Below, piece after piece: positions 1-8,831 of a DNA stretch of 64,000 nt. This DNA is from an uncultured Gemmatimonadaceae bacterium. GTDB taxonomy: Bacteria; Gemmatimonadota; Gemmatimonadetes; Gemmatimonadales; GWC2-71-9. Position 1 is the stretch's first letter. Every line of letters starts with the position of its first letter. The position numbers and the translations under genes were made by a program. Where the stretch lies: the NCBI GenBank assembly GCA_964580055.1, contig CAZOJI010000006.1:6409-70408 (forward strand), read 5' to 3'. A model generated the notes under the pieces. The model did not search any database, was not told the origin of the DNA, and saw only the letters and a list, made by a program, of their open reading frames with translations.

Positions 1-267
1 GAGGGTCACCGGACCCGTCAACGCACTTATGGTGCCGGCGTTTTGTGCCAGAATCGATGCCTCAGTTCTGGTCAGATAGTACTCTGGCAGGTCGCAAATT
101 TGCTCGAACAGTTCGCTGCCGCGCGCATCGTAGAGGAAGCGACATGGTACCCTCATGGGTCGATCGCGCAAACCGGCTTCGACTTCCTGGGCAAATTGCA
201 GAAGCGGGTCTTCTTCCGAAGCGTCTACCACGGCCTGACGTGCAGTTTTAACGGATGGCTTGTTCAC
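1..267 (-). CDS. egtD: L-histidine N-alpha-methyltransferase (EgtD-like), N-terminal part; 3-prime end lies outside the window
   Basis: The minus-strand frame is open to the window edge. It translates to ..EVEAGLRDRPMRVPCRFLYDARGSELFEQICDLPEYYLTRTEASILAQNAG.., matching the conserved YDxxGSxLFexIxxLPEYYxTRtE N-terminal signature of EgtD-type methyltransferases. GTG at 265-267 is the first start after the in-frame stop at 283-285. Confidence 0.65.
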   Translation of the reverse strand, partial: MNKPSVKTARQAVVDASEEDPLLQFAQEVEAGLRDRPMRVPCRFLYDARGSELFEQICDLPEYYLTRTEASILAQNAGTISALTGPVTL

Positions 268-808
268 GGAGTGCTCGATCTGTCAGTTGGTACGCCACCC
301 CAAACGGGCACAAGGGTCCCAACTGGAGCGGCGGAGGGTAACAGTTGCGGAAGGCATTACATTTCAACGTACGAGGGTACGAGCAGGGGCGCAACTGCGA
401 GTTCGCCACGTCAGCATTCCCGCCGGATTCACACTCAGGGAGTCGTAACGGCGACACTGGGAGTCAGACGATCTCAGGGTCCGAGACCTTGTGCACGACA
501 GGTCCTGTGCATCGTCTTGTTGAACGGGAGGCCAAATGGTGCTATCTCGCTCGACAAATCTGAATGGCGCAAGGAGGAGCGGCGTTTGCAACGAACCTGC
601 CGGTAGAAACGTCTAATCATGTGACCGGTAGCACAGTATCCAGCGCAGCTATCCGAACACGACTCGATATCATCTTTGAAGCGTGCAACTGGAGCGATCG
701 AGGCGCAGTGCTATAGCCTGAAGAGAATGCCAGCGTTTCCTCTGGCCCGCGAAAGTGCCTTGGTATCTTCCTCCGGCGCTGATGGCCTTAGCAGGAGACT
801 GCCATCAA

Positions 809-2146
809 ATGTCTCGCGTCCTGAGAGGAAGTTCTTTGATGAGAGGAAGTTCTTTGACGAATAGATCGATAGCACACCTGCTGCTGGTTACGGCTCTCTC
901 TCTACCAACCTCGAGTTTCACGCACGCACAGAACCGACCAGAGAATCAGCGCCGCCAGGAAAACGGTCTCAACGTCTTCATCGACTGTCACAGGATGTGG
1001 TGCCAAATGGACCACATTCGCCGGGAAATCCCATACGTCAACTGGGTTCGTGACCGCGAGGACGCCGACGTGCACATCTTGGCCACCGCACAGAGCACAG
1101 GAGGAGGCCGGGAATTCATCTTCAACTTCATCGGATTGAGGGAGTTCGCCGGCCATTCGGATATTCTCCGCTACTCTACCAGCAGAACCGACGTCCGCGA
1201 CGAGGAGCGGGATGCCCAGACACGGACTCTGCAGATGGGGCTCATGCGATTCGTGGCGAACACCCCCGTCGCCGACCACCTCACGATCTCCTACGACGCC
1301 CCCTCGGAGCATGAGGTCCGGGCTTCGCCTGAAGACGCCCCCTGGAACTACTGGGTTTTCTCCATAGGGGGCAACGGGTCGGTTGATGCCGAAAGCCTGC
1401 AACGGTTCTACAGGTTCGGCGGCAACGTTTCGGCGAGCAAAACAACGGAGAATTGGCGCGTTTACCTGCGTCTCAGGGGGAATTACAGCGAAGAACGATT
1501 CGAATATGAGGAATACCAGGACTCGGTCGCGGTGTACAACAATAGCACTTACAATGCCCGAAGCTACATCATCCGGAGTCTTGGTGCGCACTGGGGCACG
1601 GGGATAAGAGCTTCCGTGGGGAATTCCATTTCCTACAATCAAGACCTGTATGTGCGCTTTGCCTCGGGGCTGGAGTACAGTGTCTTCCCCTATTCCGAAT
1701 CCACTAGGAGAGCCCTGACACTGCTCTATACGGTCGGCGTGGCGGCCTTCGATTACGAAGAACTCACGATCTACGATCAGACGTCCGAAGTACGCCTGGA
1801 GCACGGCCTCGAGGCGGCGCTCGATCTCGTCCAACCTTGGGGAAACGTTGGCGCTGACCTGGAAGCCACATCCTACCTGCATGACCTCGACCTTCACAGG
1901 GTTGAGCTACGGATTCATACTAGCTATCGCGTGACCAGAGGTCTGCGGCTTCATTGGGGTGGATCCGTTGCGCGCATACGCGACCAGATATATCTGGCGT
2001 CTGAAGGAATATCCGAGGACGAGATTCTGCTGCAACGCCGCGCCCGTGGCACGGACTTCGAACTGGGATTCGGTTTCGGCTTGAGCTACACCTTCGGTTC
2101 CATATTCAACAACGCCGTGAATCCACGAATGGATGAGTTTCGGTAA
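809..2146 (+). CDS. exported hypothetical protein, possible outer-membrane beta-barrel
   Basis: Long ORF 755-2146. ATG at 809 (or 839) gives a signal-peptide-like N-terminus (..NRSIAHLLLVTALSLPTSSFTHAQ). Alternating hydrophobic pattern with an aromatic-rich C-terminus (GFGFGLSYTFGSIF). No family recognised. Confidence 0.6.
   Translation: MSRVLRGSSLMRGSSLTNRSIAHLLLVTALSLPTSSFTHAQNRPENQRRQENGLNVFIDCHRMWCQMDHIRREIPYVNWVRDREDADVHILATAQSTGGGREFIFNFIGLREFAGHSDILRYSTSRTDVRDEERDAQTRTLQMGLMRFVANTPVADHLTISYDAPSEHEVRASPEDAPWNYWVFSIGGNGSVDAESLQRFYRFGGNVSASKTTENWRVYLRLRGNYSEERFEYEEYQDSVAVYNNSTYNARSYIIRSLGAHWGTGIRASVGNSISYNQDLYVRFASGLEYSVFPYSESTRRALTLLYTVGVAAFDYEELTIYDQTSEVRLEHGLEAALDLVQPWGNVGADLEATSYLHDLDLHRVELRIHTSYRVTRGLRLHWGGSVARIRDQIYLASEGISEDEILLQRRARGTDFELGFGFGLSYTFGSIFNNAVNPRMDEFR
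823..858. repeat. 18-bp tandem duplication (GAGAGGAAGTTCTTTGAT / ..GAC) inside the 5-prime end of the CDS
   Basis: Two adjacent copies read directly from the sequence, with 1 mismatch. They encode RGSSLM-RGSSLT. Confidence 0.9.
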
Positions 2147-2208
2147 GGCGATAAGGCGATAAGGCGATAAGGCGATAAGGCGATAAGGCGATAAGGCGAT
2201 AAGGCGAT
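2145..2208. repeat. perfect 8-bp microsatellite (AAGGCGAT) x 8
   Basis: Counted directly. Eight perfect units begin inside the TAA stop (2144-2146) of the upstream CDS. Confidence 0.95.
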
Positions 2209-2315
2209 CCAAGGTAACTCGTTGCCGTTGAACTGCAACTCATGTTACACAATGAGCCGTCTTCAGACCAATACGCCGATTGCCTCAACACCGGAATGCC
2301 ATATAGAATGCTGTC

Positions 2316-3299
2316 GTGGTGAATCGCGGACACTCGTCAGACGACTCAGGAGAGTGCCGGCCTGCATACCTGTCGCTTCTGTTAGACACAGTACAGGAGA
2401 GGGCGAAATGCGCGCTGGCATCTTTGGCCGACTGCCGAGCATGCCCCCGCGACTGCGGGGTAAATCGGCTCGAGGACGAGTGGGCGGCGTGCAAGACCGG
2501 CCGTTATGCCCAGGTCAACAGCCACTTTCCCCATTTGGGTGAGGAAGACTGCCTGCGCGGCTGGAGCGGTTCTGGTACCATCTTCTTTTCTCAATGCAAC
2601 CTGCGCTGTGTATTCTGCCAGAACTACGACATAAGCCAGGGAATCAAACCTGGTGCGGCGCGCGGCGGATCGCCTCCAGAGGTCATTGCCGAGATGATGC
2701 TGGACCTACAGCGCGGTGGATGCCACAACATCAATTTCGTGACACCGGAGCACGTTGTGCCGCAGGTACTGGAAGCGCTGGCAGTCGCCATTGAGAGCGG
2801 TCTAAAACTCCCCATCGTCTACAATACCAGCGCGTACGACTCCCTGGAGAGCCTCGAACTCCTGGACGGAATCGTAGACATCTACATGCCCGATCTGAAA
2901 CTGTGGGAGCCGGAAGCGAGCCGCAGGTACCTGAAGGCCGAGAACTACCCTGAGTCCGCCTTCGCGGCGGTCAAGGCGATGCACGCACAGGTCGGATCAC
3001 TGAAGATCAATGCACACGGCCTGGCGGAGCGGGGTGTCTTGATACGCCATCTGGTGATGCCGGGCATGATCGAGAACACCCGTAAAATACTGGAATGGAT
3101 AGCCACCGAGCTGGGCCCGGACAGTTACGTGAATGTGATGGATCAATACCGTCCGGCCGGGAAGGTATCGGGTAGTCGCTACGCGGAAATCAACCGAACG
3201 GTCTCGCACGGAGAATACCGACTCGCCCGGCGAATCGCTGAGGATCTGGGGTTGAGGTTGGATGAGCGCCGGCCAATCGGGGCTCTCCGGACGCGGTAG
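2316..3299 (+). CDS. radical SAM protein, PflX-like (putative glycyl-radical/PFL activating-enzyme family)
   Basis: CNLRCVFCQN (CX3CX2C) cluster motif preceded by GSGTIFFSQ. N-terminal PAYLSL...CPRDCGVNRL...GEEDCL pattern is typical of COG1313-type proteins. GTG start. Confidence 0.85.
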   Translation: MVNRGHSSDDSGECRPAYLSLLLDTVQERAKCALASLADCRACPRDCGVNRLEDEWAACKTGRYAQVNSHFPHLGEEDCLRGWSGSGTIFFSQCNLRCVFCQNYDISQGIKPGAARGGSPPEVIAEMMLDLQRGGCHNINFVTPEHVVPQVLEALAVAIESGLKLPIVYNTSAYDSLESLELLDGIVDIYMPDLKLWEPEASRRYLKAENYPESAFAAVKAMHAQVGSLKINAHGLAERGVLIRHLVMPGMIENTRKILEWIATELGPDSYVNVMDQYRPAGKVSGSRYAEINRTVSHGEYRLARRIAEDLGLRLDERRPIGALRTR

Positions 3300-3400
3300 C
3301 AGTAGAATGCTCAGCGCCCCGGCGAGTCCGACGATCAGCCTCCGTTCTGCACTTGCATGCAGTGCGGGAAGCAATATTAGGTACGAGGTGCGTTTGTGCG

Positions 3401-3432
3401 GGCTGAGAGGGGCGATGACTCCCCTCTCAGCC
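3401..3432. terminator. GC-rich perfect 12-bp hairpin between convergent genes (no U tract)
   Basis: GGCTGAGAGGGG-cgatgact-CCCCTCTCAGCC lies between the stop of 2316-3299 (+) and the stop of 3438-3926 (-). Confidence 0.55.
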
Positions 3433-3437
3433 GGGAC

Positions 3438-3926
3438 CTAATTCGACCGCGGTGCCCGGTCCTTGGTCGCAGAGAACGCCAACACCTTCGGCTTCACGAG
3501 TCTCTCAAAATCGGCGTAAGCCATCTTTATCAACTCGATGTGAGACCCGGCATTGAACGCAATCTCCTCATCTTCGGCCAGCCGCTTGGCCACAAATACA
3601 TCCATACCAAACAAATTGCCGAAAGGCGGCATGGCACCTACCTCGCAACCCGGGAAGAGTCCCTCGAATTCCTCCTCACTGGCCAGTTCCACGGTGTTGG
3701 CGCCGATCTCCTCTCTTATGAGGTCGAGGTCGGCTTGATAAGACGCCGGCAGCACGGCCATGGCCATCTTCCCATCGACCTTGACCATTACGGTCTTTGC
3801 CAACTCCTTACCCGAGATATGCGCCGATGCTGCAATTGCCTGGGAAGTGTAGGCGGGTGAGTGGCGGATCGTCACATACTTGATATTGTGGCTGTCCAGG
3901 AACTCCTTGAGTCTTGCGACCGGCAT
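3438..3926 (-). CDS. YbaK/aminoacyl-tRNA synthetase-associated (trans-editing deacylase) domain protein
   Basis: 162 aa. Pattern ..AKTVMVKVDGKMAMAVLPASYQADLDLI...GAMPPFGNLFGMDVFV..IAFNAGSH.. is typical of the YbaK/ProX fold. AAGGAGG RBS upstream of the ATG. Confidence 0.8.
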   Translation of the reverse strand: MPVARLKEFLDSHNIKYVTIRHSPAYTSQAIAASAHISGKELAKTVMVKVDGKMAMAVLPASYQADLDLIREEIGANTVELASEEEFEGLFPGCEVGAMPPFGNLFGMDVFVAKRLAEDEEIAFNAGSHIELIKMAYADFERLVKPKVLAFSATKDRAPRSN

Positions 3927-4062
3927 CTTGGCCTCCTTGGTTCCCCCGTACCTCAGATTACTCTGAGCGCACCCGGGACGCTAGGGGAATACACACAGGA
4001 CTTTGGCGCCGGACGCTGGCGACAACCCACCCCTCCCGCTACATTCGCGGCGAGAAGACTTC

Positions 4063-5094
4063 ATGCGAGGAGTATCCGTGACCAACATCGCGAAGCATGA
4101 CGGGACTTTGTTGCTGAACCGAAGGGAGATAGCAGATCTCCTTACTCTGGCGGACTGCATCGGCGCGGTCGAAGCGGCGTTTCGTGCTCATGCTGAGAGA
4201 ACGACGCTGAGGACCGGAATCCTCCACATTGACGCGCCGGACGGAGAATTCCACATCAAGGCCGGAGGGCTGAAGGAGCCGAACCGGTACTTCGCGCTAA
4301 AGGCGAATGCGGGTTTTTTCGAGAATCAGGAGCGTTTCGGCCTCCCCAACATTCAGGGCCTCATCCTCCTCTACGACGCAGACAACGGGCGCCCGCTGGC
4401 CGTGCTCGATTCTCTGGGCATAACGGGCAAGCGTACCGGGGCGGCCACCGCCGTCGCGGCAAAGTATCTCGCGCGTGCTGACTCGAAGTCGGTTGCGCTG
4501 TGCGGATGCGGCACGCAGGCTCGGCTTCAGCTCCGCGCTCTCAAGGAGGTTCTTCCAATAGAAAGGGCTGTTGCGTACTCGATTTTGGAGACCGAGGCCG
4601 AGCAGTTCGCTTCAGAGATGAGCGAGGAGCTGGGTATTCCTGTTGAGCGGTACGGGTCAATGGTAGAAGCCGTTTCAGGATCCGACATCTGCGTCACCTG
4701 CACGCCCTCCAGAGAATACTTCCTGAAGCGATCGTACGTTTCACCGGGCACCTTCGTCGCAGCCGTTGGCGCCGACAGCCCGGAAAAGCAGGAGGTCGAC
4801 CCAGACCTGGTTGCGAACAACAAGCTCGTGGTGGACCTGCTCGAGCAAGCCAAAGAGGTGGGAGAACTCCACCACGCGCTGGATGCGGGGTTGATGACGG
4901 AAACCGATGTGCACGCGGAGCTGGGCGAATTGGTCGCCGGCAGAATCGAGGGTCGCACCAGCGAAACCGAGATCATAGTATTCGACTCCACAGGCACTGC
5001 ACTCCAGGACACGGCGGCGGCGATTCTGGCTTACGAGCGCGCCGCTAAAATGGGGGCGGGAACGGTATTTGACTTTGGCGCCCTGGAAGCTTAG
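4063..5094 (+). CDS. ornithine cyclodeaminase / mu-crystallin family protein
   Basis: Rossmann motif CGCGTQARLQLRAL with KANAGF and GADSPEKQE segments typical of the OCD family. ATG at 4063 chosen within ORF 4003-5094. Confidence 0.85.
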   Translation: MRGVSVTNIAKHDGTLLLNRREIADLLTLADCIGAVEAAFRAHAERTTLRTGILHIDAPDGEFHIKAGGLKEPNRYFALKANAGFFENQERFGLPNIQGLILLYDADNGRPLAVLDSLGITGKRTGAATAVAAKYLARADSKSVALCGCGTQARLQLRALKEVLPIERAVAYSILETEAEQFASEMSEELGIPVERYGSMVEAVSGSDICVTCTPSREYFLKRSYVSPGTFVAAVGADSPEKQEVDPDLVANNKLVVDLLEQAKEVGELHHALDAGLMTETDVHAELGELVAGRIEGRTSETEIIVFDSTGTALQDTAAAILAYERAAKMGAGTVFDFGALEA

Positions 5095-5172
5095 CGGACC
5101 GAGATTGACGGGGAGTCGAGTCGCGAGTACTCTAGACCAAACGCTCACTCGAAGCATGCCAACGAGGTGGCC

Positions 5173-5919
5173 ATGTCAGTTGCCAGCACGCTCAGCGAAA
5201 TTCCGCTATTCTCACAACTGCGCGAAAGCGATATCGCCAAACTGGCAAGGGTCACGCAGGAACGCAGCTATCCCAAGAACAGCCTCATAGTCTTTGCTGA
5301 CGATCCTGGTAACGCCCTATATGTCGTGCTTTCCGGACAGGTAAAGATCGTCATTGGGGCAGAGGACGGCCGCGAGGTGATACTATCCATACGCGGCGAA
5401 GGTGAGTTCTTCGGCGAAATGTCGCTCATCGATGACGAGCCACGCTCTGCGCACGTCATCGCGATGGAAAACTCCAAACTCCTGGTGTTGAGGCGCGGCG
5501 ACTTCAACCGTTGTCTCCATGATATGCCGGAGATCGCGACCGGCCTGCTGAGAGCACTGTGCAAGAGACTACGTCAGGCAGACAGTATGATCGGGAGCCT
5601 CGTTCTCCTGGATGTGCCGGGGAGGGTGGCGAGACTCTTACTGGAGATGGCGGACAGGTACGACGGGGAGAACATCAGACAGCGCCTCACCCATCACATG
5701 ATCGCTCAAATGATAGGCTCCAGCAGGGAGACTGTCTCTCGCACGATGCGTGATTTTGTCGCCCAGGGGCTGATCGAGATTGCGAGAAAGACCGTGACCA
5801 TTCCCAACCGCCGCGAAGTGTCTCGGAATGCCGAGGAGAATGACATGGTGACGCTGCAACGCCGGATCATCGTGATCCGTGACCGCCCGATGCTCGAAGA
5901 ATTGACGCGTGCCAAATGA
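5173..5919 (+). CDS. Crp/Fnr family transcriptional regulator
   Basis: cNMP-binding domain (FGEMSLIDDEPRSAHVIA) followed by a C-terminal HTH (LTHHMIAQMIGSSRETVSRTMRDF). Confidence 0.85.
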   Translation: MSVASTLSEIPLFSQLRESDIAKLARVTQERSYPKNSLIVFADDPGNALYVVLSGQVKIVIGAEDGREVILSIRGEGEFFGEMSLIDDEPRSAHVIAMENSKLLVLRRGDFNRCLHDMPEIATGLLRALCKRLRQADSMIGSLVLLDVPGRVARLLLEMADRYDGENIRQRLTHHMIAQMIGSSRETVSRTMRDFVAQGLIEIARKTVTIPNRREVSRNAEENDMVTLQRRIIVIRDRPMLEELTRAK

Positions 5920-5940
5920 GCAAGACAGACTCAGCTAAAT

Positions 5941-5989
5941 AAAACCCGCTGGGCAGCGTGTCGCCCTCTCACGCTTCCCAGCGGGTTTT
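5941..5989. terminator. bidirectional rho-independent terminator
   Basis: AAAACCCGCTGGG ... CCCAGCGGGTTTT: 9-bp GC stem flanked by an A run and a T run, between convergent CDS ends 5919 (+) and 6007 (-). Confidence 0.8.
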
Positions 5990-6006
5990 ACGTTGAAGCA
6001 ACAGCC

Positions 6007-7233
6007 TCAGTGGTCGGCCGAAGCTGGAGCCTCTATCTGCTCCGGTAACTCAATACGAGCCACGACATCAGTACCTTCGTCCGACTCCACCACCCCGTAG
6101 ACGGTTCTATCAACTATGGTTTTCGGTCGGAAGTCCTCTGGGAACTGGACGTAAACCAGGTCCGTGCTTTGAGGTTTGTGCACCAACCAACGAGAACCCA
6201 GACCCAGCGCGTGGTCTTCGGTAGAGAACTCCTCGAGCCATACTTCGCGCGCGCCCGCGCAAATCATTGCAACCGCCGGAGGAGCGGTAGCGGAGAACTG
6301 ATCCCAATGCCTCAGCATGAAATCCTCCACAGAATTCTCCAGGACCGTCGTGTCGGGCTCGTCGGCCCGGGTCTCACGCCACCGCAAATCGAAGCGCCTG
6401 AACAAGAAGGCCTCCTGATCTGCTTCCGTTACCTCGCGCGCAGGGATCGGGGCCTCCTCCCGGCCCGCCTCATTACCGTCTGTATCATACCAGCGCAGCG
6501 TTCGCGTGAACGGATTGAGCACCACCAGTTCCCCGTCGGGGCAGGATGCCCAAAGCGGAATGGGAGCTAGATAATTCACTTCGCTGCCCATTTCGGCTAT
6601 GGAGTCGGCGAATTCTGCTTCGAAATCGATGAGCGTGTCGATCAACTCTCCGCGCGGTCCCAACCGTAACAACTCCGCCCTGAGATAGTCAGCCGTAACG
6701 TGAAGTCCATCAGAATGATCCATCAGAATGTAGTTGTCACCAAGGCGATCCATTTCGAGGGGCGCCCCATACGAATGGCTCTCGATCTCGGCGTAGACTT
6801 GACCTCTGGAGCGGTATACCCGCACCACCGAGGCCCTCCCGTAAGGGTTGAACTGCGAGACTCTGCGGTTCCCAGCGTCCCATACCGCCATCGGGAACTG
6901 CGGGTCGTTAGTGGGCAGAAGCCCATAGGGATTACGCAATTGGTTCCTTCCGGAACCTGTCGCTGCAAACGAGTCGTGCAGATCGCCGTCGCCGGAATAG
7001 ACGAACAGATGGGGCTCGTGGGTGCGTTGCAGCGCCCAGACCTCACCGGACACAGCGACCGCCACATCTTGGATGGACTCGAGAGACTCATCAGCATCGA
7101 ATCGCTCCACTTCCGAGGGATCGATGACGTGCGTGTAGCCGAGATCTTCGACCTCGCCAGCGCAGGCAATCACCGTGGCCGACATAGCACATACCGCAAC
7201 GAAAGGCAGGCGCAGTTTTCCATTCGGTTTCAT
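6007..7233 (-). CDS. hypothetical lipoprotein (possibly beta-propeller-like)
   Basis: 408-aa ORF with a lipoprotein-type signal (MKPNGKLRLPFVAVCAMSATVIACAGE). Protein-like composition; family not recognised. Confidence 0.7.
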   Translation of the reverse strand: MKPNGKLRLPFVAVCAMSATVIACAGEVEDLGYTHVIDPSEVERFDADESLESIQDVAVAVSGEVWALQRTHEPHLFVYSGDGDLHDSFAATGSGRNQLRNPYGLLPTNDPQFPMAVWDAGNRRVSQFNPYGRASVVRVYRSRGQVYAEIESHSYGAPLEMDRLGDNYILMDHSDGLHVTADYLRAELLRLGPRGELIDTLIDFEAEFADSIAEMGSEVNYLAPIPLWASCPDGELVVLNPFTRTLRWYDTDGNEAGREEAPIPAREVTEADQEAFLFRRFDLRWRETRADEPDTTVLENSVEDFMLRHWDQFSATAPPAVAMICAGAREVWLEEFSTEDHALGLGSRWLVHKPQSTDLVYVQFPEDFRPKTIVDRTVYGVVESDEGTDVVARIELPEQIEAPASADH

Positions 7234-7628
7234 GGGTCACTCCCGGGGGCTGGTCATGAAGTAGAAGGCACCGAGTACCAATTTAACAGTAGGGACACGA
7301 CGCACCAGGCCATTACCCCGGACGCGCAGACCATCGGCACGGAGCGAAAAGAGGCCGCCGGACTATATTCCCGACAGACCCGTTTCAAAGAGGAATTAGG
7401 ATGGGCAATCTTCAGCAATTGATCATCGCGAACTCGGCTCGCCACCCCAGTACGACATGAGGACCCAGATGATGTCCAGATTCTCGTTCAGCCACGAGTT
7501 CTACGTAATCGAGATCGGGGTTGTTCGGCGTCAGGAGTGAGAAGGAACCTTGACTAGCCGACCGACGCCGGAACGAACGGGGGCCGAATCGAATGATGCG
7601 GCCCCCGGGATCGAAACCCTCGTTTGGC

Positions 7629-8576
7629 TCAACCGCCCAGCGACAGTCCCTGCCCCAATCTCACGCGCACGGGAGTCCCGTCGATCTTGCCAGGAGTGAA
7701 AACGCAGCCGCGGAACATCTCCAATGCAGGTTCTTCCAGATCCGGGTGAGGTGACGAGACGAGAGTCACAGTTGAATCTTCGGTCTCCCCTTCAGCATCA
7801 ACAACGAACTCTACTACCAGCTGCCCCTCGATCTCCGCTTCATACAGAGACTCCGGCCAGGCAGGCCTAGGGCAGGTCGGACCCGACGGCGGCTCGACCC
7901 CTTCCAGTGACGCGTTGAACTCCGCACCAGCGCTGGCGAGCTCCAACGCCACCTCGGTATGCCCGTTGTTCAAAGCAGAGACTCCGGCATTCGCGCCACC
8001 GTTGGACTTTCTGTTCGGATCGGCCCCATGCTCGAGCAGCTCTTCTACTACTTCGATATGGCCTCCTTCAGCCGCTGCCATGAGCGCCGTCCGCCCGTCG
8101 GAGAGCGTCTTGCCGATATCTACGCCTCCTTCGAGCAGAGCCTCGGTGACCTCCGCATGTCCTCGCGCAGCCGCTACCATGAGCGGTGTGAAGCCTCCAC
8201 CGAAAGTGATGTCCTTATCCGCGCCGTGCTCCAAGAGCGCAGAAGCAGTCTCCGCCTGGCCCTGAAGTGCAGTAAGCAACAATGCCGTCCAACCTTCGCT
8301 GGAAACGGCGTCGATGGCCGCTCCAGCCTCTAGGAGTACGTTCACAGCTTCCGTAGCACCTATCTGCGCCGCGTACATGAGTGCCGAATAACCCATTGAG
8401 TCTGCGGCATTGGGATTAGCTCCCAACTCCAGTAGTGTACTCACCATTCCGGCATTTCCGCTGCCGGCAGCTTCGAGCAGGTCCGCGTCACTCTGCGCAT
8501 ACGATTTGGTCGAAAGAACCGAACCGACCAGCAACATGACGAGAAAAGCCAACGTTCTCTGTCTCTTTCGATGCAT
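7629..8576 (-). CDS. ankyrin-repeat protein with C-terminal TonB_C-like domain
   Basis: Signal/anchor MHRKRQRTLAFLVMLLVGSVLSTKSYAQ. Five to six ANK repeats (G.TALM.AA..GH.E.V..LLE.GAD.N). C-terminus PAWPESLYEAEIEGQLVVEFVVDAEGE..VTLVSS..PDLEEPALEMFRGCVFTPGKIDGTPVRVRL matches the TonB C-terminal pattern. Confidence 0.8.
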   Translation of the reverse strand: MHRKRQRTLAFLVMLLVGSVLSTKSYAQSDADLLEAAGSGNAGMVSTLLELGANPNAADSMGYSALMYAAQIGATEAVNVLLEAGAAIDAVSSEGWTALLLTALQGQAETASALLEHGADKDITFGGGFTPLMVAAARGHAEVTEALLEGGVDIGKTLSDGRTALMAAAEGGHIEVVEELLEHGADPNRKSNGGANAGVSALNNGHTEVALELASAGAEFNASLEGVEPPSGPTCPRPAWPESLYEAEIEGQLVVEFVVDAEGETEDSTVTLVSSPHPDLEEPALEMFRGCVFTPGKIDGTPVRVRLGQGLSLGG

Positions 8577-8831
8577 TCCCAAAATCCTTGGTTCGTTTTT
8601 GTACGTTCCCACAGTCCCAATCATCCCGTCACAACCACGATATGCTCCATTTGAGGAGACAACAAAGGGCCTGCTACCACTTGGCCCCGTGGCGACTGTT
8701 AATCGCCTCTGATTACAAATACAATTCTTGGCGCCGACGGTTCCAATCTCACCCGACGGAAAATAGCAAGGGGTGGCCCAAGATGCGAAGTGGAGCCAAC
8801 ATTCCTTTCACAAACCGCAGGCACGTGGAAG

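Noticed and set aside
385-495. Cobalamin-riboswitch-like fragments (GCGCAACTGCGAG, CACTGGGAGTCAG, CCGAGACCTTG)
   Set aside because: The pieces resemble the CGCAACUGU, CACUGG and B12-box elements only loosely. The conserved 5-prime GGGAA...GGUG.AA.UCC core is absent on both strands, and the neighbouring genes are not cobalamin-related. This needs a covariance-model search before any claim.
43-606. 187-aa plus-strand ORF and the nested ORFs 45-251, 260-448, 345-563 and 364-591
   Set aside because: Composition is Arg/Gly/Ser/Thr-rich and not protein-like. The first 225 nt lie antisense to a well-supported EgtD-like frame. No motif recognised.
902-1897. 331-aa minus-strand ORF
   Set aside because: Shadow ORF antisense to the exported-protein CDS, typical of high-GC DNA. 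Low-complexity Arg/Pro/Gly-rich translation.
2145-2208. Possible CRISPR-like array
   Set aside because: The units are only 8 bp, directly abutting, with no spacers. This is a microsatellite, not a CRISPR array. No cas genes are in the window.
7234-7628. Possible gene remnant in the 395-bp spacer (minus-strand frame ..LLTPNNPDLDYVELVAERESGHHLGPHVVLGW..)
   Set aside because: I could not match the translation to any family. Only a GGGGGCCG...CGGCCCCC hairpin (7578-7606) is evident. Left unannotated.
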